Origin: a virus
Virus record (IMG/VR): IMGVR_UViG_3300050343_000214
Span: 41,802 to 105,801 of that record
DNA length: 64,000 nucleotides
Reading direction: 5' to 3' (one strand)
The notes below the pieces were generated by a model. It saw nothing but the letters and a program-made list of their open reading frames with translations, made no database searches and was not told the origin of the DNA. Shown piece after piece: positions 11,488-24,014 of this stretch (positions within the stretch are counted from its first letter, which is position 1; the number at the start of each line of letters is the position of its first letter). Position numbers and translations under genes: made by a program.

Positions 11488-13065
11488 ATGTCAACACTAG
11501 TCACAGTTACCTCTACTTCACCCACAACTCCCGCTTATAGAATTAAAGATGTGTCTGGCGTCCTAAAGTATCTTGAGCCAGAACCTTTAATATCTTTTTC
11601 CAGTTCTCCTGTGCAGCAGGGAAGCCATTCGTTGGGGTATGAACACAATGTTACTTTGACTTGCTATGCTCACACAACTGGAAATGCTACTGAAAGAGCT
11701 AATACGCTTCTAAATAATATAGCTTCTTTAGATAATTTTTTCACTACAGAAGCAAAAGAATTTCAAATCATGGGCGCTGCCAATGCAACCCATCCAGCTT
11801 ACACTTGGAACATCTTGAACCCTACTGTTTCTACAGAGGAGTCCAATTTCTACAATTTAGTTAAGTATACTATTAATTTTACTGGCTACACACCAGAGAG
11901 CGGTGGCTCAGTATCTGGAACAATCAGTCATAAAGATGATGACCAAGTAATTGATACCAACTTTACTAGCATTCCATTGGCATCTTTTTCTGACACTTTC
12001 GATTACCAACCAGACGATTCTCTAGGTTATGCTTTCGATGATCCTACTGCAAAGCCTTATAGGTTTACTAGAACTGTCTCGGCTACCGCCAGACCAGTAA
12101 GCAACGCTTCCCTCCATCGAGATAGCGTTTTTCAAGCCAGCGCTGTTAGCGGAGCAAAAACTTTTGTGGAGGCTAGATTGGCTTATGACGGCACAGACAT
12201 CGGTGCGCACCAAGTATCTGACACGTTTAGGTATGGTGAAGGAATTAGTCTGTTTAATCTACAAAGGTCTGTTAATATTGATATGGCTAATTTGTCATAC
12301 AGCGTTACTATTAATGGTATTTATGCAAGTGGTAGTGCGGGATCAGTTACAGAGCAAGGAGCTTTTGAAACATACAGCACAACAGTATCTAAAGAGGCAA
12401 ACACTCCTATTGTTAGCGTAACTGTAGATGGGAAGTTGATGGGCTATCAAGCTAACACTCAAAATACTAATCTAAACACAGTTAATGCTGGTGCAACTGC
12501 TGGAGCTATGGCTAAATTATCTCATATATCAAATGGTAATTATGGTTATGGATCAATTATTTTTAGACGCGCACAGTTCGCCGCTGGAGTACCACTAAAT
12601 TCTAGCCCCAAGTCTGTAAGCATTGCTGACAGCACCATCGCTGATAATTCAATTAGTTATAATGTTAGTTACGACAATAGACCGTCTCCTATTATAAGCG
12701 GAGCAATAACAGAATCAGTTACCGTAAATGATAGTTATCCAACCGATGTGTACGCTTCTATTCAAGTTATGGGTAAGCGCAGCGGACCAGTGTTTCAGTA
12801 TATGAACACCACTACTCATTATGAAAGAGATGTTTCAATAGAACTACAAATGGATTTAAATAATATACCAAATACTTTAAATGGAGCTGCGTTAATGGGA
12901 TACAGCCCTTCTTTGGACAGCAATACTAGAGATGCAGTCAACGGCTTAATAAATAGCCTGTCTCCAGCTGGAAGTTGGGGCTATGTCATGCTAAAAAGTT
13001 GTAATGAAAGTTGGTCTCCAAAAGATGGAAGATACACGGCTAATATAGGATGGATCTATAAATGA
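11488..13065 (+). CDS. Putative tail/baseplate structural protein (525 aa)
   Basis: Intact ORF, beta-rich, coupled to its neighbours in the structural operon. No specific catalytic motif. Confidence 0.55.
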   Translation: MSTLVTVTSTSPTTPAYRIKDVSGVLKYLEPEPLISFSSSPVQQGSHSLGYEHNVTLTCYAHTTGNATERANTLLNNIASLDNFFTTEAKEFQIMGAANATHPAYTWNILNPTVSTEESNFYNLVKYTINFTGYTPESGGSVSGTISHKDDDQVIDTNFTSIPLASFSDTFDYQPDDSLGYAFDDPTAKPYRFTRTVSATARPVSNASLHRDSVFQASAVSGAKTFVEARLAYDGTDIGAHQVSDTFRYGEGISLFNLQRSVNIDMANLSYSVTINGIYASGSAGSVTEQGAFETYSTTVSKEANTPIVSVTVDGKLMGYQANTQNTNLNTVNAGATAGAMAKLSHISNGNYGYGSIIFRRAQFAAGVPLNSSPKSVSIADSTIADNSISYNVSYDNRPSPIISGAITESVTVNDSYPTDVYASIQVMGKRSGPVFQYMNTTTHYERDVSIELQMDLNNIPNTLNGAALMGYSPSLDSNTRDAVNGLINSLSPAGSWGYVMLKSCNESWSPKDGRYTANIGWIYK

Positions 13066-13877
13066 GTACAACCACTGTTGACCCAGCTGTTGCTGTTTTA
13101 AAATACAATGCAGCGAGGTATCCAGAAGAATTTGATAGCGCCATAGAAGGTGTGTCATGGAATACTTACAATGAATTGTCTATGGCTGAGATAGACTTAG
13201 ATTTTCTTTCTAATAAAACACAAGTCGCACAGAATAATTTAGAAGCCACAATACTCAATGATGGAACAAACACGTATTTTGATACTTTTTCTTCCGATTT
13301 TTCTTATGATAATGTTTTATATAGCGGAGTAAAGAGAGCCACAGGAACTCAAACTGGCGGGTTCGTAGAGGTTGATCAGTCAGAAGTAGAGTCTAAGTTT
13401 GAGCATAGGTTTATGCCTAATTATGATAGTGACAGCGACTTGACATATACAGGCGTCGATGACGATGGGAATACTCAGACTTTTAACTTTCGTGGAAAAT
13501 TTGGTGATCAGGCTTCTTTTGAGAGTAATCAATCTAATGCTTCTGGCGTCATTGAATTTAAAACATTTAAGTTTAAAGACGGAATTGTTGAAGCTGCCGT
13601 CAAAGAGGTAGATTTAGAACACATGGGGCTAAGTGGTATTGTTACAACAGACACTTTTACCAGCTTAGACAATGATGAGAGAAATCCTAACTTTACTAGT
13701 TTTGAGCCAGACGGGAGTAAGGCTGCTGGAGGTATTTTTTTTGAGCCAGATGGTAAGGGTGGTGGAGTAGACACTGGTGAACCAACTGACGATTTTACAG
13801 AGCCTGACGAGGCACAGGAAGAGGAAGAGGAAGATGATACCACTCCAACAGCTACCACCACATCTGCCCCAACTTAA
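13062..13877 (+). CDS. Hypothetical virion protein with an acidic, Thr-rich C-terminal tail
   Basis: Intact 271-aa ORF with ATGA overlap. Ends EEEEEDDTTPTATTTSAPT. Confidence 0.55.
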   Translation: MSTTTVDPAVAVLKYNAARYPEEFDSAIEGVSWNTYNELSMAEIDLDFLSNKTQVAQNNLEATILNDGTNTYFDTFSSDFSYDNVLYSGVKRATGTQTGGFVEVDQSEVESKFEHRFMPNYDSDSDLTYTGVDDDGNTQTFNFRGKFGDQASFESNQSNASGVIEFKTFKFKDGIVEAAVKEVDLEHMGLSGIVTTDTFTSLDNDERNPNFTSFEPDGSKAAGGIFFEPDGKGGGVDTGEPTDDFTEPDEAQEEEEEDDTTPTATTTSAPT

Positions 13878-13897
13878 TATTATAAAAGGACTGTCAA

Positions 13898-16800
13898 ATG
13901 ACTTATAATTCTAATACTAACAAATCTATAATTAGAGAAAACCAAAGCGCCCCTAGCTTAAGTTCGTCTTATGCCATTCAACAGGGAGCAAGAGAAAGTG
14001 GCTTATTTGCTCCTGAGCAACAGAGTTTCTTGGGTGCTAGCATTACAAACTTTAGCGTACAAAACGGTGATGGTTCTAGTCCATCATCTTTATCCGTAGA
14101 GCTTGTAGAAGATCCTGACTTTAACAATTATGTCAATGAGATATCTGGTGTTGGTGGCTTTGAGTATGACCCGTATCACAACGGATCTAGTGACAACTTC
14201 AATCCACCAGCTGTAGGTATGCCTGTCTTTTTTGTTTACGCGACTCCAAGAGCTAAAATCAAAGATGCGTTTTACCCAACTGGCGCCCTTCCTAATGGTG
14301 AATCTATTTTTAAATTTGGGGGCTTGCTACAAAGTTTTCATCAAACTAATTCTGTTGGTGGTAGGACTTTTTCAGTTACAGTTTCAGACCCAAGAGAGAT
14401 ACTATCCAATATATATTTGATATTAAATCACTCCGACACAAAAGTTGGAGACGTTGAGAACAATGTATTTAATGTGTTTGGTTTTTTAGAATACAATCCT
14501 ACAGACGACACAAGGGAAATGTTTAATGGTTATACCTCTAACGTCTTAAGAAGGAGTGGGGATGGAACACAGTTTGCTGGCGACGACATGTATTATAGCG
14601 CGGGAATACCCGCCTTGCCAGCTAATCAGCTGTATCCTACGCATTACTTTGAAAATACAGGTTATGACATACCAAGTTCCCCATAACTGGAACTGCAATG
14701 TCTAGGCGTGGATCTTACGGAATGCCTTACTACAGGATAATGCAAGGCTTATCTGCAATGAGCGCTACGCTTCCACATGCAGAATATTCTGGATTTTGCT
14801 GGAGGTATATATTATAGAGGTATGACATTCAATTTAGTCTTTAATGGACTACCTCCCTGTTCCTCCTATGTATTGTTTCGATCAAGACAGCACTGATCTA
14901 TTATCATTTTTGATAGAGATAGCTGACGCCTCTGGCAGAGAAATATCCGTATCTTTGAGGCCATCTCAAACCAATTCGGCTACTTCTTTCTCTGGTGGTG
15001 ATATCATAATTAATTTTATTGATAGAACTATGGAAAGTTCTGTGGGTCAGATACGTAATTTTATTAAAAATAATGTGCCACAATCTAAAGATCCGTCAAG
15101 CGGTGGATCGTCTTCTGAGTTTAGTCAAGCTGAAAAGGAAGATATTGGATATGAAGCTACTAATCCTGAAACTGGCAAGATAGTATTTGGTGGTAATAGG
15201 GTTGACTTATATGCATTTACTAGCAATCATGATGATGGCAGATATTTTAAACTAAACAACGGGCAAGTACCAGTCCAATGGATCTTACTTTGCTAACAAT
15301 CAATTCTTGCCGTACTATGGGAAGTTGTCTGAAAATGTTTTCAGTCCCGTTAGAGGGTCTGGGGATTGGAGGCAAATATTATTAGACTCCAGTGGGCTGG
15401 GTGCGTTTGGGGTTGGCAACTATTACATTGCGACAGAAGTTGAATTGAGATACGCTGCAAAAAACTTTAAGGCTTGGAAAAGTTTTCTGGAGTTCTTTGA
15501 TCAACAAGTACCTGACCAAGCTAGTAACTAATCCAAGAGTCTAGATATCAAGATGTGTTTAGAGACGGTGGGGCGACTAAGAGTGCAGGATTCTGACGGG
15601 GTGCGCGTTAGAGGTCTGAAAGTTCCTAGATGCTTATTCACTAACGATACAGGTTTTGAAGACGGAGTGCCTAAAAATCCTTGTTCTCCACCTTTTGGTT
15701 TTCCTCTTTACTATGGAAGATCTAACTCTATAGGACTATCATTAGACGGTCTTATTGATCCTCGGTTTAGTGTTCTTGCTGATTTAAACAGGGTTAAACA
15801 GTCTTCCGGTGAAGACATACAGGTGGTAGTAAATTATCTTATTGACAAGTATACTAAACTAAGAAATTTGAGAGGTATTAGTCAAGCAGAAGAAGACTTG
15901 TTAGAAAGTCTAGAAGAAGGAAATCTTAATCCAGAGTACTTACAAAGAGCTTCTGAGTCTCTTTCCAAGCAAGTATACACAGCTAAGTCTGCGGAATTTA
16001 GCAAAAACAGAAAAGAGAATGTACAGAAAATATATAACTTTGTTAGATCGGTAGCTACACAATGCTATGGTAAGAAATTTCTAGTTAGAATACCGAACAA
16101 GCCCAACTACAAGTTTGCTTCAGGTACTGCTACTGGAGTAGAGCTTAACGGCAATAAAAGCATTTACAAAAAAGGATATTTTGGTTTTCCCCCAAGGTCT
16201 TCTGTGTCCGGTTCAGACTTGAGCGGTGCAGCTGGTGGTGACGATATTTCATTTGTTTACAATTCCAATGACACCAATATTAATAACGATCAATCTAAAT
16301 TTCATAGAGCATTAATAACTAATTACAATCCTATAGATGCTGCTTTAGCACATAACTTTACTCCCAATGCAGCTGGTGGATTTTTAACTAAAAGCGCATA
16401 TGCGACAGGGCTTAAAAGTGCATTAATACCTAGAGATTTAAGTTCCTTTGGTACTTCCTATAGGATACAAGGTTATGCTAGATATGATCACGCTGAATAT
16501 TTAAATATACCCAGTACTGATTGTTATACTGAAAAAGTCGGAGATGATCCAAATAGGAAAAACGCCATACCAAATAAAATAGCTGGAACAGATGAATTTG
16601 AGGCTCGGGTTAGTGGGGAAACTATGCTAGGTTTCATGCCTATAGAATTAGATGAAAAATATTATTTTCCAGCACAGACTGTTTCACGTACTGTTAAAAG
16701 ATACGGTACAAACTTAAGAAGCAAAGTCTACTATGTGGCAGAAGCTCAAACTCCAGATGAGGATGGGAAACTGCCAGAGAATGCAACTTTAGAATCAAAA

Positions 16801-18060
16801 ATAGAATTAATACCAAACTACAAATCTAATCACACACAATCTATAGTAGATTTTCCAAGAGACAGTATAGGCAAAATTATACCTTATCCAGATACATCTA
16901 GAGCTTACGCTCTGATTACTTTGCCAGAAAAGGTCACTGTCAAAAGAGACAACGTTGGAGACATACCGATTCGTAACCATTTTAAGGCGGCAACTTATAT
17001 AAATCATTTCGGAGACGATGCGTCAATAAATACAGTTACACACGTAAAGACAAACAAAAGATTAGATTTTGCTAATCAAGGCGCTTCTCTTACATTCTTT
17101 AACCCCAATAGGTTGTTTAGCTCTCCTAAAGGTTTGCCCCCAGACGTTGTTGTGTTGCCATTAGAAAATGAGCAGGCTTGCTATGGACCTTGGTATACTG
17201 GTCCCGTTAGAGTTAAAAATGATGATGATACCTACAGTTATAAGGTGATTAAAAACTCTGGAGGTAAGGTTAATATTGAGATGGATGAAAGTTTGACCCC
17301 TTGGAACTTTGGGTCATATGAGCTGATGAATGTAGCTGGCATGGCTAGGACAGAAGTTATTAATACTTTGTATTTTGCGTCAGAAAAAGGATCTATCACT
17401 TTTCCCGGTATGCCTTTTGGTATCTTTGAAATAGGAGATATCGCTGCAAATTCGGGGCCAATACTAGACAGTATAAGTTTTGATATAGGCGTGGGTGGAG
17501 TTCACACTAGCTATAGATTTCAAACATATACTAGAAGTTTTGGAGCTATGAAAAAACAACAACAGAAATCTTTGGATTTAATGAAGACGCAATCTTTAAA
17601 AGCTGGCAAAGCTAATTTTGATTTATTCACTAAGGGGATAATAAAATCTAAATTTAGCGGCGCACTTCCCAAAAGACAATTTAAGCCTTACGAGTCTTTT
17701 TACGAAGAGCCAAGCAGTAGCACTACAGACACTGAAATTGTATCCTTAGTACCAGCTGTTAATCCAGCTGATCCCAGAGGGGACTCTTTTACAAAACTAA
17801 CGCCTCAAGCGGCTAATGTTTCTTCAGAAGGTCTGCAAGCAAGCATAGAAGGTTCAGAAGATATTACATCTTTAGCGGAAGAGAATTACAATTCTGCAAT
17901 AAAACAATCTTCAGACGGAAAGGTTGTTGTTTCTATGGAGCCTCACGCTAGCGTCCCGTCTGTAGATATAGGAAATGCTGAATCGTTAGAGTCGTTGTAT
18001 CAACAACCCACCGATTCGTATGATTTAGACAATATAACACTCAGTTATTGGAGGACATAA
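13898..18060 (+). CDS. Large tail/baseplate-hub-like protein (~1,385 aa), frameshifted at ~14.68-15.55 kb
   Basis: Fragments 13898-14686, 14844-15296, 15307-15531 and 15553-18060 join through single-base indels. RBS AAAGGA precedes 13898. Hub-like segments 'SSLSVELVED', 'FSVTVSDPREIL', 'SISFDIGVGGVHTSY'. Function inferred from context. Confidence 0.55.
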
Positions 18061-18061
18061 A

Positions 18062-21000
18062 ATGGCGAGTCAAGGAAACTTTTTTAGCTCTACTTCACAA
18101 AATCATCAGTTTCTTACTAATGATCCCGTGTTTTTAAAATATGGTTCTGGTAGTTTTACTAAGAAAAGTATTAAAAATGTTTTAAAAGGTATGAGGGATG
18201 ACGGTGATAATATATCAGATGAGGAATTCTACAAAGACCATCTAGAGGGAATAGCAGATGATGGCTTAACCATTGACATTATTAATAATGCAAACAGTGG
18301 TTCTTGGGTTGGTAAAGAATTTGTCGATGCTAATAATTCTTATAGCGACGTAACCTACACCTTTCAAGAGGTAATAGATTTAGTAGATACTTTTGAAGAA
18401 AAAATAAAAGACTTAACTAAGAAGCACGAAGACAAAGATACTGCTGTACAAAAAAGAACCGATGCAAAAAATTGGATATCTGCTAACATTGATACGTTTA
18501 AAACTGGAGAGCAAGAATGCTTACAGTTACACGGAACACTTTTTTATGATAAAGACTTAGACGACAACGGTAGTCAAAAAGAGTATTGGACTAAAATATT
18601 TTTCTACATGCCTAAAGAAAGAAACAATGAAAGGGTTGTAGCCACCAAGGGAAAGACAGTTATATCAGACGTTGGCACTCGCGCTACTGGAGCCAAGTAT
18701 TCAACCAGCAAAACTAAATCAGCGTTATCAAGACACCATCCGGGCCTGTATATTAACGCTGATGCTATAGATGCTTCCAGCCTAGACGATCTTGCTTCAG
18801 GGCCATTACGATTATCTTACAATAATAGTCTTGGGATGTGGGAATCTTCTCAATGTATATTAGCTAGACTTATTACTGACTTGGCGCCAGCCGGTAACAA
18901 TCCGTTCACTATGCCGGATGAAACGAATGGTTACTTGTCTGATCCCGATGAGGCGGCAGCGTTTTATAACAAAGGGTCTGAATTCTATACTGGCAATTTT
19001 AGTACTGGGTTAGCAGTTCCTGTCAATGCTGAAAATAAAAATCCACATTTGTTTGGTCCTAATTTTAACATGGATGAATATGGCGAAAAATCAATAGAAA
19101 GAATCATGGTCGTTAACAGGGCAGAAAAAGAGTTTACTGCTGGCACGTTGATAATGTGTACTTTGATTGGGGCAGAGTGGATAGTTTCTGAATTTAGCAC
19201 AGCTGGTCAGGGATTTCCTACTAGAATGGGAGCTTGGACTTTCTCTAAATTTATTGCTAACTCAGATAATTATTTCAGAAGCAATGATGAAACAGACAGA
19301 ATGTGGGACATAAATACATATGAAGACAGAGCTAGAAAGAGATGGTATGAAGATTGGAAGACATCAGTTGCTGATGGATCAGAATCTCATTTGGGATTTC
19401 ACAACATTGCAACAATCGCTACAGACAACGGAGCGGAAAATGTTCCATTCAATCCCAGCTGTGGTTATCAAATGTGTACATCTTTTGATACAGCTAAATA
19501 TCATAAAGACACTAAGATAAATTTTGATGAAATAATGTCAGACACTCAGGGAGATCCACAGGGCAATCACCTTCCTATATTTTGGGGTCCGGTTCTTCCA
19601 GATGGATACAATTCTAAAGCTCCCACTATAGGTGAAGCTGGCGCGTCTTTTGGTATCAATAGTGACAAATATTTCTACTCTACAGACTATCTAGATGAAA
19701 TGAATATCCCAGCGGACATGGCTGTTAACGGACCCTACAGTGAAGATTATAATACGTCTCCCATACTTCCGCTAGATTACTGGCAAGAAAAACTTTTTGG
19801 TGGTGGAAGTCTTTACAGTAATGCTAAAAGCTATAGAAACGAAATATTTGCTTCTCAAACTTACAAAAATGGTTTTGGGTTTCAACCTAAAAATCCAAAC
19901 AGACTTCAATTTGCTCCACTTACTATGGAGATGGTAATTAATACAGACGAAGATCAAGCAGATGAATCTAATCCAAATTACGACAATGGATTTACAGGCG
20001 GCGGTAAGGTTGCGATGTATAATAACTGGAGGCAAGCGTATGGTAATGAAAACATGTTTGGCTTTATGTTTGACAGATATAGCTGTGTTGCAAAACAAGC
20101 CAAGCAAATACAGTACGACAAAAAGGTTGAATTTAAACCTTTAAGTACTCCGTATAATTATTGGTATACTCTATTTAGAGACCAAGAAAATGAACAAACA
20201 CAAGGCTTGAATCTTACAGCGGTCACGGCTGCTATCAACAGAATATCGCGCCCCGGTGGTGGAGAAGTTAATATTGAGGTTGCGCAACAATTTGGTACAA
20301 CACCCGCAAGAACAGTTTCAGGTGGACAGAATGCTTCTTTTAATGGAGTGGCTGCTTTCTTTGGTGTACCGTCCATGACTCCCGCTACTCCTCCAAGTAG
20401 CAATACTTTTACTCAGTGGGGTAGCGTTACAGATAAATATAATACAGCTGGGACAACAGCTCTTCACTGTAGAGCGTTTGATGCTTGGCCTCGTAGAGAT
20501 ACTATATGGGATACGAGATTCTTTTCTGCTCTCCATTTCAATCCAGATTTAGAAGATGAAGACGGCAGGACAGATGTAGACTTTCAAGTTCCCACATTGT
20601 CTTGAGTGGAGGATTTCCTTCAGATGGTGCTTCTATCACCGCTGCCGATGAAGCTAGTTATAAAGACAAGAAAGATTGGACGTATGATAAAATACGCAGA
20701 GGAAAGCTTCTCACTAATGGTGGATTTAAATATAATAAATTAACTATTGGTCTAGACCCATCTAGCCTTGTAATAGCTAAAGCTGGCGAAACTGGCGTGT
20801 CTGGATTTGTTGATAATGATAGAAATGAATATAAGTTTTATGTAAACGTTACTGATGGCGCAGTACAATCTGTGGATTTTAACGCTTCTGATTCTTTGGG
20901 TGTTTCATTAGAAGGTGTAGATTTAAGTCCCTAATGCGTTCTCGGGCGCTTATGTTGATGATGACGGAACGACACACAATGGTTTTATCGTCAGGTACGC

Positions 21001-21285
21001 AGATGCTGTCCTTATATTTCAAGGGAAGGTCAGGCTCGTTAAAAGGCAAGATAATGGGCCTACGGAACACGGTGGAGTTGTCAGATGTACAGCTAGCAGC
21101 AAACTACGGGCAAGGTCAAGTAAGTGGCACAACCAGCGCTTCTTTGGCGTTAGATCCTAATAAATACAGGGAAATACGACGTTTATTTCTTCTTTCATAA
21201 TGACATTTCACACACGTATCAGAGCGCCGACTACAATCCCTTTATGTCAAATGGATTACAGTACGTGGTAGCTAATATAACTTAA
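18062..21285 (+). CDS. Large virion structural protein (~1,070 aa), frameshifted near its 3' end
   Basis: ORF 18062-20605 continues through 20602-20934 and further fragments to TAA at 21283-21285. RBS GGAGGA upstream. Confidence 0.5.
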
Positions 21286-21334
21286 TTTTGGTGTATATAA
21301 CTATGTTTCATACCTTTTTACGGAGATTTTAACA

Positions 21335-22087
21335 ATGGCAGAGATCAAATTTATGGCAAATATCAAGGGCGCAGCAGCAACAGCTGACTCTAATTTGCTA
21401 AACCACACTGGGAGTAATGGTGAGGAGAAGCAAGGGCTAGGATTTTATGGCTTGGCTCATGGCTTGTCTGTTCCGGTTGGTAGCGTTCAAGACACTACTT
21501 TTGTGACCAACGAAACTGGAACAGCAGTCGGCTCGCAACTAAACAATACGGCTATGTCTTCTCTTGGAGATGGTAGCACGGTTGGCGAAGTAAAAGTAAA
21601 CAATTCAGCGGCAATTGATCTAAACAAATTGCCTAATTATTTATGCCCACTTAATCTGAGATTTACAAACGACGATGCAGTTAGAGTTCAAGAATGTAAG
21701 TTGCGTGTCTTTAACAAGAGCGACATTGATACGCCTGCTCAGGGTGTAACTACTTACGTCTTTGAGGCTAGGCATCCATCGAATCTTCAGACTGTAGGAA
21801 ATCTCAACCATAGAGGTAGATCAGATAACAGCTGGGTTGAGTTCAGTTCTTCTACCGCCAACAACGCAGGGCAAGTTGTTGACATGGTAATGACACCATC
21901 TCCGGGTGCGAGCGGAGTAAATACTGACAACCAAGACAGTGATACTGCCTTGGGCTATAGCACCACTGAGGGAGTTACACACGCCAGCACTCAGCACGAT
22001 TGGTATGTCGCTCTCAGCGCAGAACCTGAAAGCATTGGAAGCAAAGAGAATTACGCTCTGTATTTTACATTAGAATACTTGTCGTAA
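21335..22087 (+). CDS. Putative virion structural protein (250 aa)
   Basis: Intact ORF with RBS GGAG. Last gene of the + arm before the terminator. Confidence 0.6.
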   Translation: MAEIKFMANIKGAAATADSNLLNHTGSNGEEKQGLGFYGLAHGLSVPVGSVQDTTFVTNETGTAVGSQLNNTAMSSLGDGSTVGEVKVNNSAAIDLNKLPNYLCPLNLRFTNDDAVRVQECKLRVFNKSDIDTPAQGVTTYVFEARHPSNLQTVGNLNHRGRSDNSWVEFSSSTANNAGQVVDMVMTPSPGASGVNTDNQDSDTALGYSTTEGVTHASTQHDWYVALSAEPESIGSKENYALYFTLEYLS

Positions 22088-22113
22088 TTTTTTTATTAGG
22101 TATGAAACAAGAT

Positions 22114-22150
22114 AGCTACCCACCCCTTGCGGGGTAGGTAGCTTTTTCTT
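22114..22150. terminator. Bidirectional rho-independent terminator between the convergent arms
   Basis: 13-bp stem AGCTACCCACCCC / GGGGTAGGTAGCT with one C-A mismatch (G-U on the minus strand), TTGC loop, followed by TTTTCTT. Lies between converging stops at 22087 and 22150. Confidence 0.8.
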
Positions 22151-22494
22151 TATTCGTTGGTCTTCGTCTTGGGATTCCATTTAACCCAACCGTTATCAGG
22201 AAGCCAATCGTCTCCATCCTTACGTTTAGGGAATAGACCGCCGCCCTTCTTCATTGAACCAAACGCCAACTTAGCGCCACAGTCCATGCAGCGCAATTCA
22301 AAATACTCATTCTCGTCTACGTTTCTTACGACGAACTTGATGTTTTCTGATCCACACTTTCCACACTTAGCTTCCTCAAATACTTCTTGAAATCTTGAAA
22401 TTTGAGTAAACAACTCTCGTTGTGTGTCTGCATCAAATTCTGCTGTAATTCTTTTATTTGCTGTTGTATAACTAATCTTCATTATGATCTCCAC
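22150..22494 (-). CDS. Small zinc-ribbon protein
   Basis: CGKC...CMDC motif pair in a 114-aa ORF. Confidence 0.6.
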   Translation of the reverse strand: MEIIMKISYTTANKRITAEFDADTQRELFTQISRFQEVFEEAKCGKCGSENIKFVVRNVDENEYFELRCMDCGAKLAFGSMKKGGGLFPKRKDGDDWLPDNGWVKWNPKTKTNE

Positions 22495-22518
22495 TCTTCA
22501 TTGTATCCAGCGACATTG

Positions 22519-23250
22519 CTAGGAATAGAAACTCTTGTCACGCTGATACTCATTAAGACGATCAATGATATCGCTTGCGACTTTCTTTGAAATTTTCTTA
22601 CTATGGCTAACATTAAATACTTCAGCAAGTAATTTAGAACCATCTACGTTCAATTGCTTGCATTTAATATCAATGAAATTTGATTGAGCATCGCTCATTC
22701 GTCCTTGATCGTTGTAGTCACCGCCCGAACTATTAGTTTGCTTAGAGAGATCTCTGACTATTTTAGCGGTATCTTTCTTGGTTAGTTCTTCTGCTGCGAC
22801 ACCCTTAATCTTTAACACTTTGCGTAAAGCTCTAGCTTCTGCTCTAGTACTGGCAATAGCCACAGCGAATGCGCAAAACATATCGTCCGTATTACCCTCC
22901 CATGAATCTGCTACTTCTGAACACTTCAGACCGTTAGCAAATTCTATAGTAAATATGACCGTAGCCCTGCCGTGATGATCGTCACGATCTGTGGGTTTTA
23001 CCCACGTTGGACCACTAAAAGCCATTGGCCCCAGAACAAGCTCAGACACCCTCCTAAGCCCTGTTACAAGAGGATGACCATTCACTAGCTCATCTTCCTG
23101 AAAGAGCGTCATGGCGTAATCATGCCACTCTGGAGACAACATGCTGGGGGCGTCTTCAGATATTACATCTTTGACGCTAGTATCAGTATTTGACGCTGTA
23201 TTCAACCCAACTTCTTCAAATAAATTCTCACTCATTATCTGTCCTTTCAT
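22519..23250 (-). CDS. Rad52/Sak-like single-strand annealing protein
   Basis: Motif 'AIASTRAEARALRKVL' after a beta-hairpin core, plus a C-terminal 'MSDAQ..FI...ASDIIDRL' helical domain typical of phage annealing proteins. Confidence 0.55.
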   Translation of the reverse strand: MKGQIMSENLFEEVGLNTASNTDTSVKDVISEDAPSMLSPEWHDYAMTLFQEDELVNGHPLVTGLRRVSELVLGPMAFSGPTWVKPTDRDDHHGRATVIFTIEFANGLKCSEVADSWEGNTDDMFCAFAVAIASTRAEARALRKVLKIKGVAAEELTKKDTAKIVRDLSKQTNSSGGDYNDQGRMSDAQSNFIDIKCKQLNVDGSKLLAEVFNVSHSKKISKKVASDIIDRLNEYQRDKSFYS

Positions 23251-24014
23251 ATCTTTATTTCAATATAACGTTCTGATTTCTTAGGAAATTTAGTCTCAAT
23301 ACCATGTAGCATATCTATAATATTATTCTTTAGCTTCTCCTTGTCGTCCAATGATAGCGAGTCTGACATAATCTTTACTCTTATTATAGCAAACCCCTTG
23401 CTTAAAATCAACCCTGTTTTTTGTTCGTCTGCTTTTATTTGTTTCTGTAGCTTCTCTTCCCCCCATATAGGAAGAAAGTGAGAGGGTCCGTCTATTTCTA
23501 ATATCGTCTTTAGCGCTGGAAAATATAAATCTATTTCTAAGCGCTCGTTTACAATCAGGTTTCTTTTGTGTTGTTCTGACTTTATATTAGCTCTTGTTAT
23601 TTCTTTATACAAAAATTTTTCTAGTTTAGACCCCTCCTTGCCCGCTGCCTGTATAGCCTTTATGGATAAAGCCCGCATAGTCTTCTTGTGTTCCTCGCTC
23701 ATCCCTTCCCACCTTCTCTTTGCGGCCTTGACGTACTCCGCATATTTCTCCTCGCTCATTTCTGACCAAGCCTTTTTTCTTCCTCTGCTTATTTTTAATT
23801 TTTCATCTTTAGTTCTCTTTTTACCTAGAGTGGGTATCTTAGAACTTCCATTATCTAAAGCATTTTTCTGAGCTTCGCTTCTCGTCTTCAGTGGTACTTT
23901 ATTTTTTACAAGTATCCTGCGCACCTTATTAGGATAAGTACTAAAGTGTTTAGCTATTTCGTATGTGCTTTTTTGTTTTTCAGTGTACATTTGTACTATT
24001 TGTTTTTCATCCAT
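23247..24014 (-). CDS. Free-standing endonuclease: N-terminal HTH, NUMOD3-like basic repeats, Vsr/DUF559-like PD-(D/E)XK domain
   Basis: 'STYEIAKHF...VRRIL' HTH; 'GKKRTKDEKLKIS'; 'LEIDLY...ILEIDGPSHF...GFAIIRV'. Confidence 0.65.
   Translation of the reverse strand: MDEKQIVQMYTEKQKSTYEIAKHFSTYPNKVRRILVKNKVPLKTRSEAQKNALDNGSSKIPTLGKKRTKDEKLKISRGRKKAWSEMSEEKYAEYVKAAKRRWEGMSEEHKKTMRALSIKAIQAAGKEGSKLEKFLYKEITRANIKSEQHKRNLIVNERLEIDLYFPALKTILEIDGPSHFLPIWGEEKLQKQIKADEQKTGLILSKGFAIIRVKIMSDSLSLDDKEKLKNNIIDMLHGIETKFPKKSERYIEIKI

Noticed and set aside
93-21070. Short minus-strand ORFs within the structural arm
   Set aside because: They lie antisense to long, coupled + strand genes and show no recognisable motifs.
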